From a virus (Duplodnaviria > Caudoviricetes), in IMG/VR virus record IMGVR_UViG_3300038321_000202, positions 1-38,611 of that record: a DNA stretch of 38,611 nucleotides. One strand, 5' to 3'. The translations under genes were made by a program, and so were the position numbers. The notes beneath the pieces were generated by a model. That model had not been told where the DNA came from and ran no database searches. It worked only from the letters and a program-made list of their open reading frames with translations. Positions 17,747-25,658 of this stretch are shown piece after piece (positions within the stretch are counted from its first letter, which is position 1; every line of letters starts with the position of its first letter).

Positions 17747-18466
17747 CTATGCCCCGGCTATTAAAAGTCGAAAGGTTTCACGGCCTTTGGGCGTGACAAG
17801 GGTTTGTGTTCCGCGCCAATTTGTCTTTTCGTTGTAGGTTTCTTTTACTTCAAATAAATCAGTTTGCTTGTCCGCGTACGGCTTCAAGTTTCCCTTTTTA
17901 TCCCGGTAGAGATATTTTCTGCCGAGTAAAAAAGATACGAACGCTTTTGGCCCAATATGAAGCTCTTTCGCAGTGTCGCGGAAATTCGTCAGCAGATTGC
18001 GGTCAACCAGTTCATCAAAATATTCGGCTTTCGGCTGCATAATCTGCTTGTCCACAGCTAAGGCAGAGTTTGTAGTTTTGAGCTTTTTGTTCTCGCCTTT
18101 CAGCGATGCTAACTCTGCATTGGCCACTTTCAATGCCCGCGCCATGATCTGCTCGGGGCTGTTCCAGCTGTTTTCCACGGAGATAAAATACTGCCGCGCC
18201 TGTTTGCCGCGTTCGGTGCGTTGAATCATACAAAGCTCTTTCGCCATGTCGATGGTAAGCTGATAATCGGTGGATGGCCTGCCGCCCTTTGGGTTATAGT
18301 CATTTTCAGCTAAAACCTCATAATCGGCGCTTTGGGCAAAGCCATATCCTTTCATACGGTCAAACCAATGGGAAAATTGCTCGCCAACTTCCAGAAACCC
18401 GTGAAGTTCTCTTGCCGATACTGTCGGCTTGTCCGAATCATAATTGATAGGAATTAAAGCGTTCAT
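17747..18466 (-). CDS. Antirepressor (AntA/AntB N-terminus plus KilAC C-terminus)
   Basis: VSARELH..L...F..WF.RM, MAKELCMIQR..GKQARQYF; PKAEYFD...QTLVTPKGR. Confidence 0.9.
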   Translation of the reverse strand: MNALIPINYDSDKPTVSARELHGFLEVGEQFSHWFDRMKGYGFAQSADYEVLAENDYNPKGGRPSTDYQLTIDMAKELCMIQRTERGKQARQYFISVENSWNSPEQIMARALKVANAELASLKGENKKLKTTNSALAVDKQIMQPKAEYFDELVDRNLLTNFRDTAKELHIGPKAFVSFLLGRKYLYRDKKGNLKPYADKQTDLFEVKETYNEKTNWRGTQTLVTPKGRETFRLLIAGA

Positions 18467-18510
18467 TTTGTACCTTCTTTCTGCCGCTTTTAGTAAAATC
18501 ATGGGCGCAG

Positions 18511-18666
18511 TTAGCAAGGATGAATAGTCTTTTCTAATTCAACCAGGGATGAAACGACACTTGGAAGCACTGTAACTGCTTCGGATGCCGCTTTGTCGTT
18601 TTCAGCTGTCCGAATAATGAAATCAATCATGGCTCGCTCGATTGCGCTTTTCTGTGCGGAATTCAT
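18511..18666 (-). CDS. Small hypothetical protein (51 aa), not in the ORF track
   Basis: MNSAQKSAIERAMIDFIIR...; AGGTGA SD. Confidence 0.55.
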   Translation of the reverse strand: MNSAQKSAIERAMIDFIIRTAENDKAASEAVTVLPSVVSSLVELEKTIHPC

Positions 18667-18794
18667 GTTGCTCACCTGCCTTTCTTGTAACTTTACTGCC
18701 CCTTTTATGGCACAGATGCTTTCAATGGTATTGAATTTTTTCTGTGGGGTGATATGCTGAACTTATCCAGCTTGTTTCTGGCGGATAAGCTCTC

Positions 18795-19637
18795 CTACTG
18801 ATAGACGACCACATAGTGTTTTCCACCCAAAGAAATAGGAGTCGGGCTATGATGCTCGGAGAGCCAGCTTCTCACCATATCCAGTACTGGGGCCCTGAAG
18901 CGGTCGTAGTCGTCGGAATGGCCGTTCGCGGCAAATGGCGAATGTTCAATCAGTCCTGTCGGAACATTCAGTGTGTGGATGATGGCGGCGATGGCCTGTG
19001 AATGGGGTTTACCGGCTTTGGAATAGACGCCGAGTGCTTTCGCGATCTGTTCCTTGTCGTAGGTCTTTTCACACTCAGCCGGTACGCCGGGAATGTCGAT
19101 TCCAAGTTCGCCATAGACCCGTTTGTAGATTCCGGATACGGCGGCAGCGGCGCGCTTTTTATCAACCCCGGCTGCTTCCCATGCTCGCCGTAAAATTTCC
19201 ATGGAGTGATTTACTGATGGCAGGGCACGGTATTTTGATTTTCCGGAAGGCTCTTTATGATGCAGGAATGCATTGGCAAGAACTTTCTGTGCTTTCAACT
19301 GATACTGGATAAGCTTGTTTGTAACTTCTGGATGCTCTTTCTTCATCGTTGGGGTGATACTGATTTTGGCAAGCCAAAGAGGAATGAAGTCGTTGTCGAT
19401 AGCGATAGCTTCATTGTTCTGGTCGAATACCCCTGCCTCAAATTTGAGGCACCCGCGTTTAAGGACCTCGTCCTTCTGGATATTCGCCACCTGCCGGTCT
19501 TTTTCATGCTTTGAAAACCCGATTCCTTTGCAGATGTAAGAAACACCTGCATAGATTTTTCCGGTTTTATCGTCGCGGGCTGCCATGAGCTCATCTCCCA
19601 TGAAAGGAACCGTTTTGATCGATAACTGAGTGTTCAT
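18795..19637 (-). CDS. Antirepressor with P22 Ant N-terminal-like domain
   Basis: VPFMGDEL...IYAGVSYIC.GIG...IPLWLAKI...LIQYQLKA..VLA.AF. Confidence 0.85.
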   Translation of the reverse strand: MNTQLSIKTVPFMGDELMAARDDKTGKIYAGVSYICKGIGFSKHEKDRQVANIQKDEVLKRGCLKFEAGVFDQNNEAIAIDNDFIPLWLAKISITPTMKKEHPEVTNKLIQYQLKAQKVLANAFLHHKEPSGKSKYRALPSVNHSMEILRRAWEAAGVDKKRAAAAVSGIYKRVYGELGIDIPGVPAECEKTYDKEQIAKALGVYSKAGKPHSQAIAAIIHTLNVPTGLIEHSPFAANGHSDDYDRFRAPVLDMVRSWLSEHHSPTPISLGGKHYVVVYQ

Positions 19638-19840
19638 TATGTACCTTCTTTCTGCTTTTCTTGGATAAGCTCATCCAGAGCTTTTGAAAATTCTTTTTTT
19701 GCCCCATTTGGGTTTCTATGCCCGTTGAGTACCATGCTCACATATTCCGGCGTATATCCAAGCTGCGCTGCAAGACGTTTTTTGGAGATACGATTCATAT
19801 GCAATTTAGCAATTAGTTTGGCGGTCCAATTTTCAGGCAT
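19637..19840 (-). CDS. cro: Cro-like HTH regulator
   Basis: 67-aa XRE HTH, divergent from the repressor. Confidence 0.8.
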   Translation of the reverse strand: MPENWTAKLIAKLHMNRISKKRLAAQLGYTPEYVSMVLNGHRNPNGAKKEFSKALDELIQEKQKEGT

Positions 19841-19868
19841 TAAAAATTCACCTTCTTTGGTTTTATTG

Positions 19869-19897
19869 TTGCATTTCTTAAACTAATGTGTTATTAT
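19869..19897 (+). promoter_or_regulatory. Putative lysogenic (repressor) promoter
   Basis: TTGCAT-N17-TATTAT with TG extension. Confidence 0.55.
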
Positions 19898-19912
19898 CTG
19901 TTTGTGGCAACA

Positions 19913-20043
19913 AGAACATAAACTCTGCTGGCTGCTATTCAGCGGAGTAGGCGTGTTATTAGTTTATGTACTGCAACTTTGTGATTTACAGTATAGTACA
20001 TGAACATAAACTTGTCAACACCTTTTTGATATGTTCATAAACT
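19913..20043. promoter_or_regulatory. Four operator-like repeats WGWWCATAAACT
   Basis: 19913-19924, 19961-19972 (reverse), 20001-20012, 20032-20043. Confidence 0.65.
19990..20018 (-). promoter_or_regulatory. Early lytic sigma-A promoter
   Basis: TTGACA-N17-TATACT on the minus strand, with one operator-like repeat inside the spacer. Confidence 0.8.
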
Positions 20044-20076
20044 TTTTATATCGTACATTTTTGGGGGAACGGATTT

Positions 20077-20658
20077 ATGTTTTATGACAGGTTTTTGGAA
20101 TTGTGTAAGCAAAAGGGCGTAAGGCCCAGTAGAGCAGCAGAGGAATGCGGAATAAATAAGTCGAATGTTAGTAACTGGAAAAACAACGGGTACATGCCAC
20201 GCGGTGATACCCTCAATCGAATCGCCGCATACTTTGATGTTCCAACCGACTTTCTTTTAGGTAACGGCGCTTTCGTTTGTTGGAAAGAAATAAATGCAAA
20301 TCGAAGAGCTTTTCTTGAATATACAGGTATTCCCGAAGCTACGTTATATCAGCAGTGGGGCATCATAAATGAAAACGTTGATTCGATTTCTCTCCACGAT
20401 TTCATCCATTTCATTAATGCAGCGGTAAAGAATGTTACGCTTACAGCAGATGGCGATTTCGATGTAGAACTTAACAACAGCATTCAAGAGCCAAAAGAAA
20501 AGCCCTCCGGCAAAGCCGAAGGGCGGGGCGTTACATTTGACGATTTCACCTACGCGCTGCACGACGAAACGAAGGAGCTGACGGAGGAAAACAAGCAGAA
20601 ACTGCTGGAAATGGCGCGGTTTTTCAAGGAGCAGCAGGACAAAAAGAAAAGGGAATAG
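20077..20658 (+). CDS. Phage repressor (CI/ImmR-like XRE HTH)
   Basis: N-terminal HTH ...IAAYFDVPTDFLLG; no S24 peptidase domain seen; followed by an ImmA-like gene. Confidence 0.85.
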   Translation: MFYDRFLELCKQKGVRPSRAAEECGINKSNVSNWKNNGYMPRGDTLNRIAAYFDVPTDFLLGNGAFVCWKEINANRRAFLEYTGIPEATLYQQWGIINENVDSISLHDFIHFINAAVKNVTLTADGDFDVELNNSIQEPKEKPSGKAEGRGVTFDDFTYALHDETKELTEENKQKLLEMARFFKEQQDKKKRE

Positions 20659-20679
20659 CCTTTCCGGGGAGGACGTGCT

Positions 20680-21099
20680 ACGGAAGTATCTGATTTGGCA
20701 GACGACCTGAATTCTGCCGGCGCTGACCTTTACTGGTATCCGATCGGGTTCAGCGACGCGGCCACGTTGGAGATGGGCAAACAGTACGGCGTATTTATCG
20801 ACCAGTCGAAATTTTCAACAGTTCGCCGGATGAAAAGTGCCATCGCGCACGAGATTGGCCATTGTGCCACCGGCTGCACGCACAAGGTGAGCAGTCCGCT
20901 TGACCTTATAGAGAAACACGAATATGAGGCAAACCGCTGGAAGATTGAGCATTACCTGCCTTTTGAAGTGCTGAATGACGCCATAAAGCGCGGGTATGTA
21001 GAACCTTGGGCGCTTGCGGATTATTTCGACGTGCCGGAAGAGGACATCATCATGGCCGTCCGGTACTACATAAACCGTCGCGGGATGAAATTCGGATAA
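20680..21099 (+). CDS. immA: ImmA/IrrE-family metallopeptidase (start uncertain: ACG 20680 or TTG 20695)
   Basis: AHEIGH zinc motif, E.EAN.W, LADYFDV. Confidence 0.85.
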   Translation, partial: TEVSDLADDLNSAGADLYWYPIGFSDAATLEMGKQYGVFIDQSKFSTVRRMKSAIAHEIGHCATGCTHKVSSPLDLIEKHEYEANRWKIEHYLPFEVLNDAIKRGYVEPWALADYFDVPEEDIIMAVRYYINRRGMKFG

Positions 21100-21203
21100 A
21101 AAAATCCGCCTATCCCTACTCGCAATAAGGATGGGCGATGAACAGAAAATTCCCGGATGGAATCTCCCAAATCTTATTATAATTCTTTGACAAATATTGT
21201 CAA
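21098..21203 (-). ncRNA. Putative short antisense RNA unit
   Basis: Minus strand TTGACA-N16-TATAAT (21203-21176); hairpin 21107-21137; T run at 21098-21104. Confidence 0.5.
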
Positions 21204-21220
21204 GGGAAAGGGAGAGTAAA

Positions 21221-21946
21221 ATGTCAGAACCGAATGGTGTCCCAACAGTTAAAAAGAAAAAGAAGAAATGGCCATGGATTATTATTGCCGTCGTCGTAAT
21301 TATCATCATAATTGCGGCTGTCAACGGCGGGAATAGCGGTGGAAGTTCAGGCAATTCCCCGACCGTATCGAATGCCACAGATGCTTCCGCAGGCAGTACT
21401 GCGGTCAGCGCCGCTACCACGAATGCAAAAAAGCCGTATAGTGCCACACTGGAATCCGGTTTCTATGAAGTAGGTGTTGACATTCCGGCAGGAACGTATG
21501 ATTTTGAGATTGCATCGGGAACGGGAAATGTCGTTGACATAGGCGACGATATAAATCTTATGATGGGTAAAGGCGACAGCAGCTACCAAAAGGATTATAA
21601 AAACGCGGACCTGACTGATGGCAATACTTTGATGGTTATGCAGTGTAGTATCAAGATAAACTCAAAAGCTGCCAGCACGGCTATTAAAAAGCGTGATAAT
21701 TCATCCGCAAAAGCTACTACGCTCTCATCAGGGAAATATACGGCAGGAAAGGATTTTCAACCTGGGTATTACGATATCTCGATCGTTTCGGGGAGCGGAA
21801 ACGTAATTTGTCAGGATAATGAACTTAACGCCATGATGGGTAAGGATACATCAATGTACGTTAAAAAATATAAAAACGTGCATTTCGACAAAGATTATAA
21901 ACTTGATATCGAAGGGCCTAAAGTCAAATTAACGCCAAGTAAGTAA
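21221..21946 (+). CDS. Membrane-anchored protein with two tandem extracellular repeats
   Basis: KKKKKK-WPWIIIAVVVIIIIIAAV anchor, Ser/Thr/Ala linker, duplicated L.SG.Y..G.D...G.YD..I.SG.GNV domain. Confidence 0.8.
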   Translation: MSEPNGVPTVKKKKKKWPWIIIAVVVIIIIIAAVNGGNSGGSSGNSPTVSNATDASAGSTAVSAATTNAKKPYSATLESGFYEVGVDIPAGTYDFEIASGTGNVVDIGDDINLMMGKGDSSYQKDYKNADLTDGNTLMVMQCSIKINSKAASTAIKKRDNSSAKATTLSSGKYTAGKDFQPGYYDISIVSGSGNVICQDNELNAMMGKDTSMYVKKYKNVHFDKDYKLDIEGPKVKLTPSK

Positions 21947-22062
21947 AAAAAAATACCGCCCCTTCTCGGGTACCAGCCGAGGAAAGGCGGTCGACAGTCA
22001 GCAGGGCTGACAATACAATGTTATCGTATAGATATTGTACCAGTTCAGCCCTCTAAAATCAA
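21945..22062 (-). ncRNA. Putative antisense RNA over the integrase leader
   Basis: Minus strand TTGATT-N17-TACAAT with TG extension (22062-22034); hairpin 21955-21991; T run at 21945-21953. Confidence 0.55.
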
Positions 22063-22077
22063 TAGGGGACTATAATT

Positions 22078-23274
22078 ATGTCTATTTGCAAAAAGTGCCG
22101 CCGTATCATCCCCGACGGCGCGGTTTGGTGTCCGTGGTGTGGGAAAAAACAGATTTCCATGCGGCGACGGACGATTAAACGGGAAAACGGAACCGGTTCC
22201 GTTTATAAGCGTACTGATCTCAAAAGCCGGCCGTATGTGGCCGCAACGCCCGCTAAGAAGGGTAAAAGGCCGGAGATAATCGGATGCTATGCCACAGCGC
22301 AGGAAGCTAAGGACGCCATAGACGAATACCGGAAGAACCCGACTGACCGACTGAATATCACTCTCAAAGAGTTATATGAGGAATGGAAGCCAATCGGCTT
22401 AAAGGATAAGTCGAAGCAGCTCGGAGATAGTTACCACGCTGCGTTCAATAAATTAGTTCCGTTGTACGGTGTAAAATTCCGGGAAATTGGATACGGTCAA
22501 GTTCAGTCGATCATCGAGGCACTTCAAAAAGAGCGACCAAAGTTAAACAAAAAAGGCGAGCCTGTCTTGCGGGACGGCAAGCCCATTATACTGCCGCCAG
22601 CGTCATATTCGTCGCTTCACGATATCAAGGTGTTGTGTGGGCTGCTCTGCAAATATGCCATGAAAAATAATATCATCTACAAGGACTGGGCATTGTTACT
22701 GGACCTGCCGAAGAACGTGGGTGGCGTGAAGGATTGCTTTGATGAACTGGAACGTAAAAAGATTGAGGACGCTGCCTTCGGCACTGGGCAAGGAAAGGTG
22801 CCTTTTGCTGATTGCATTTTATTTTTGTGCTATACTGGCTTGCGGATAACGGAATTTTGCAAGCTTAACCGTTTCTCGGTCCACAAACAGGATGGTGTTT
22901 GTGCTCTTTATGGCGGGATTAAGACTGACGCCGGGAAGAACAAGGTGGTGCCGGTCCATCATAAAATACAACCAATCCTCGATGAGTGGTTGGACAAGGG
23001 TGGCCAAACAATTTTCTGCCGCCCGGATGGTCGGTCATACTCGTCAAAATATTTTCGCGAAAAATGTTACTACCCTGCGCTGGAGAAAATTGGAGTTCGC
23101 CGGCTGTCTCCACACGCCTGCCGCCGCACGTGCGCGACAATGATGTCTGCTGCCGGCGTGCAGGAGGAGGATTTTATTGCGATCATGGGGCATGCGGATT
23201 TCCAAGTTGATATTGATAGTTACATTTTCCAGACTGCCGAGAAACTTGCGCCGGCGGTTGAAAAGATGCCGTGA
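22078..23274 (+). CDS. int: Tyrosine integrase with N-terminal Zn ribbon
   Basis: YTGLR, KT.AG, HACR, MGH and Y catalytic residues; CKKC...CPWC at the N-terminus. Confidence 0.93.
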   Translation: MSICKKCRRIIPDGAVWCPWCGKKQISMRRRTIKRENGTGSVYKRTDLKSRPYVAATPAKKGKRPEIIGCYATAQEAKDAIDEYRKNPTDRLNITLKELYEEWKPIGLKDKSKQLGDSYHAAFNKLVPLYGVKFREIGYGQVQSIIEALQKERPKLNKKGEPVLRDGKPIILPPASYSSLHDIKVLCGLLCKYAMKNNIIYKDWALLLDLPKNVGGVKDCFDELERKKIEDAAFGTGQGKVPFADCILFLCYTGLRITEFCKLNRFSVHKQDGVCALYGGIKTDAGKNKVVPVHHKIQPILDEWLDKGGQTIFCRPDGRSYSSKYFREKCYYPALEKIGVRRLSPHACRRTCATMMSAAGVQEEDFIAIMGHADFQVDIDSYIFQTAEKLAPAVEKMP

Positions 23275-23372
23275 AACTGATTTTCAAGAGAAATCAACAC
23301 GTAGTAACCCCGTAGTAACCGCCCCGTTTTACAGCATTTTTCAGCGATTTTAGGCAACAAATTTCCATAAAT

Positions 23373-23418
23373 GAAAGCCGCGTAAATTCTTGAAAAGCTC
23401 AGGATTTACGCGGCTTTC
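23373..23418. terminator. Long hairpin, probable terminator for int and for the restored tRNA
   Basis: 15-bp IR GAAAGCCGCGTAAAT/ATTTACGCGGCTTTC. Confidence 0.7.
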
Positions 23419-23430
23419 TGCAATTTTCTC

Positions 23431-23482
23431 TGGTCCGAGTGACAAGACTTGAACTTGCGGCCTCTTGACCCCCAGTCAAGCG
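23431..23482 (-). tRNA. 3' fragment of tRNA-Pro(GGG), the att core (not a full tRNA)
   Basis: Anticodon arm CTTGA-CTGGGGG-TCAAG, T arm with GTTCAAG, ends CACTCGGACCA; no 5' acceptor strand or D arm. Confidence 0.88.
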
Positions 23483-23783
23483 ATGCGAGTAAAAAATCCA
23501 GCATTCATGCGGATTTTACGACTTTCACGTAGTAACGCCGTAGTAATAGAGACCATACCACCCAAGACTTTCCCCATAGTTTAATGCGTTCCGAAAATCC
23601 GAAGATACTTCAACAACTGCAGGTACTTGGTTTGAAAAAGGATGAAAACCATCTGAATTTTCTCTTGTATTCTCACTTAACCCGCTTTTGTCTATATCCT
23701 CTGCTATCTCTTTGCTATGGGTCACGATTTCAAACCTTTGGCCGCCCGGGTCCATCAAATCAGTTCAAAAAGGTCTATATAAT

Positions 23784-24875
23784 TCATACATCTTTTGTAT
23801 AGTTCAAACAAATCCAGCCGGATCCGCGATAGACGTGACCCCAGCGGCCGGCAATCCGATCGATCAGATAGTTCCAGCCGTATCTGGTGGTACCGACAAT
23901 CGGGAACTGCGTACCGGAATTCTTACGGATGTTCAAAATATCCGCAGTCACTTTCACCCGGCGGACAACAATTCCAATCGCTACGGGCTTTTTGGAGCCC
24001 TCGAGATAAAATCCGCAGCTATCGCCCATGTTTCCGCAGGCAAGGAATTTTGGATAGTAATTCCCACACTCGTCCGTTGCACAGCTAACATAGCGGAAAG
24101 ATGGGGAACCCGCAACAATCTGGGGCATGTGCCCGCAGGTAACCCGGAAGGTGTAAGTGGATCCTTTTGGAATCGGAAACTCCCCGTGGGTATCAATAGA
24201 CAGCTTTGTCTTTGCGGTGCCTTTCGGCCAGTCGTTCAGACCCGCGGCCTTAATAATGGCCGGATAATTTCTATACGAAATATCCAGATCACACCCGCCG
24301 CCGGGAATGTTTGCCCCGGGCCAGCGGCCACCGGTATCCGGGAAGCTGCTCTGCCAGATGCCGCATTTACGGTCCGGGGTACTCACCCCCGGACGGGCAA
24401 ACCAAAAATCGTATGCGGACAGTTCGGACAGATTCAAGACGCTGTCATGCCAACAGCGATTACAGTAGTATCCGACGTAATACTTATTGGCTTCCAGTGT
24501 TGCGCAAAACGTCTTAATAATCCGTGTGCAGGTCGTACCGTTCACCCCGCCGTGCCGCGCCTTGTACCCGTCGGCATCTTCCATGTCGATAACTATCGGG
24601 TAAGTCGGACGTTTGCCCTTCAGCAGCCGCAGGGCATGTTTTGCTTCGCTCAATGCGTCAGTAGTGTTTAGGGCATAGCTGTACAGGTAAGCGCCCCACG
24701 GAACGCCGAGGCGTTCGCACTCTGCTACATTGCGTGCAAACTGCTTATCATCCTGATTGGTTTGGTCTGCGCCGAAGCCGAGCCGCAGGATTGCAAACTG
24801 CAGCCCCGCAGCCTTCGCTTTACTCCAGTCTACGCATCCGTTATGTTCGGATACGTCTATTCCTTTATAAGCCAT
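23784..24875 (-). CDS. Endolysin: GH25 muramidase, middle domain, SH3b
   Basis: GIDVSEHNG, GAYLYSYA, IDMED; C-terminal LNIRK...WG...GWICLNYT. Confidence 0.92.
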   Translation of the reverse strand: MAYKGIDVSEHNGCVDWSKAKAAGLQFAILRLGFGADQTNQDDKQFARNVAECERLGVPWGAYLYSYALNTTDALSEAKHALRLLKGKRPTYPIVIDMEDADGYKARHGGVNGTTCTRIIKTFCATLEANKYYVGYYCNRCWHDSVLNLSELSAYDFWFARPGVSTPDRKCGIWQSSFPDTGGRWPGANIPGGGCDLDISYRNYPAIIKAAGLNDWPKGTAKTKLSIDTHGEFPIPKGSTYTFRVTCGHMPQIVAGSPSFRYVSCATDECGNYYPKFLACGNMGDSCGFYLEGSKKPVAIGIVVRRVKVTADILNIRKNSGTQFPIVGTTRYGWNYLIDRIAGRWGHVYRGSGWICLNYTKDV

Positions 24876-25297
24876 TAGCCCTTCGCCCCTTCATTTTTGG
24901 CGTCAGCCGTGCTCGTATCGGCTGTAGCAGCCGTGTTACCCTGTGCCGCCGTATCCTTTGCCGAGGGAGTAGTTTCCGCGGTGTCGGCTTCCGTGCCTGC
25001 GGCAGTCACATCGGCCCGGTTATATGTAGGCTCCTCATCGTCGATCCTGGGCGCCGCGTAGGACAGGGCAAGAGCGGAATCGCTGGTACCGGCCGTCGTC
25101 GGGTCGTTGACCACGCCCAGCACAGCCAGCAAGCCGAACACGGCATTGACAACAGCCATCAGCTTATTCCCGAAGTCGCCTAAATCCAGCTTATACCCAA
25201 AGACCGCGGCGGCCACCTGCACCAGCAGCAGCACGGCGGGGATAAGCGCCACCCAAAAAGCCTTGTTTTTCAGTCTTACAGTCCAGTTGATCTTCAT
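24875..25297 (-). CDS. Holin (phi LC3-like) with acidic low-complexity tail
   Basis: MKINWTVRLKNKAFW...GVVNDPTTAG.SDS..AL.Y. Confidence 0.9.
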   Translation of the reverse strand: MKINWTVRLKNKAFWVALIPAVLLLVQVAAAVFGYKLDLGDFGNKLMAVVNAVFGLLAVLGVVNDPTTAGTSDSALALSYAAPRIDDEEPTYNRADVTAAGTEADTAETTPSAKDTAAQGNTAATADTSTADAKNEGAKG

Positions 25298-25641
25298 ACA
25301 GCAACATCCTTTCTTGCGTCGGGTTTATCCGGCATGCTTTTAATTCGCTCGTACAATTCGGTACCCGTCCCATTCCCACCTAACGCATGGTATGGACGGT
25401 ATAGGTATTCCAGATTTTTAATATCGTCTATGGTTGCATATCTCTTTATCTTACATTCCGCGTAACAACTATAAATACGGTCATGCATCAGCGCCAACAG
25501 TCCGTCTTTTATGGCGGTCTGCTCGTCCTGCTGGGTTTTCTGCCGTTTATGCAGTTGGCTGACGGCTACCCCTATCGCGCCGGTAGCGGCGCCTAAGGCA
25601 GCACCCAGCAGATATTTGATCACCCATATGATCCAATCCAT
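25294..25641 (-). CDS. Lysis-module membrane protein
   Basis: N-terminal TM segment; LY.PYHALGGNGTG motif common upstream of holins. Confidence 0.75.
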   Translation of the reverse strand: MDWIIWVIKYLLGAALGAATGAIGVAVSQLHKRQKTQQDEQTAIKDGLLALMHDRIYSCYAECKIKRYATIDDIKNLEYLYRPYHALGGNGTGTELYERIKSMPDKPDARKDVAV

Positions 25642-25658
25642 AATTTGAATAGCCCCCG

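Larger units (their letters stand above)
23298..23547. other. attP region with arm-type repeats
   Basis: CACGTAGTAAC-NC-CGTAGTAA pairs at 23298-23319 and 23526-23547 flank the tRNA-derived core. Confidence 0.8.

Noticed and set aside
22543-22556. AAACAAAAAA in int as a target of the pseudo-spacer
   Set aside because: Short low-complexity match without a TTC PAM; expected by chance.
23431-23510. Complete phage tRNA gene
   Set aside because: The 5' acceptor strand and D arm are absent; it is the att core.
23525-23802. Short ORFs between attP and endolysin
   Set aside because: No SD or recognisable motif, and the minus-strand one runs into the att arm repeats; at most a gene remnant.
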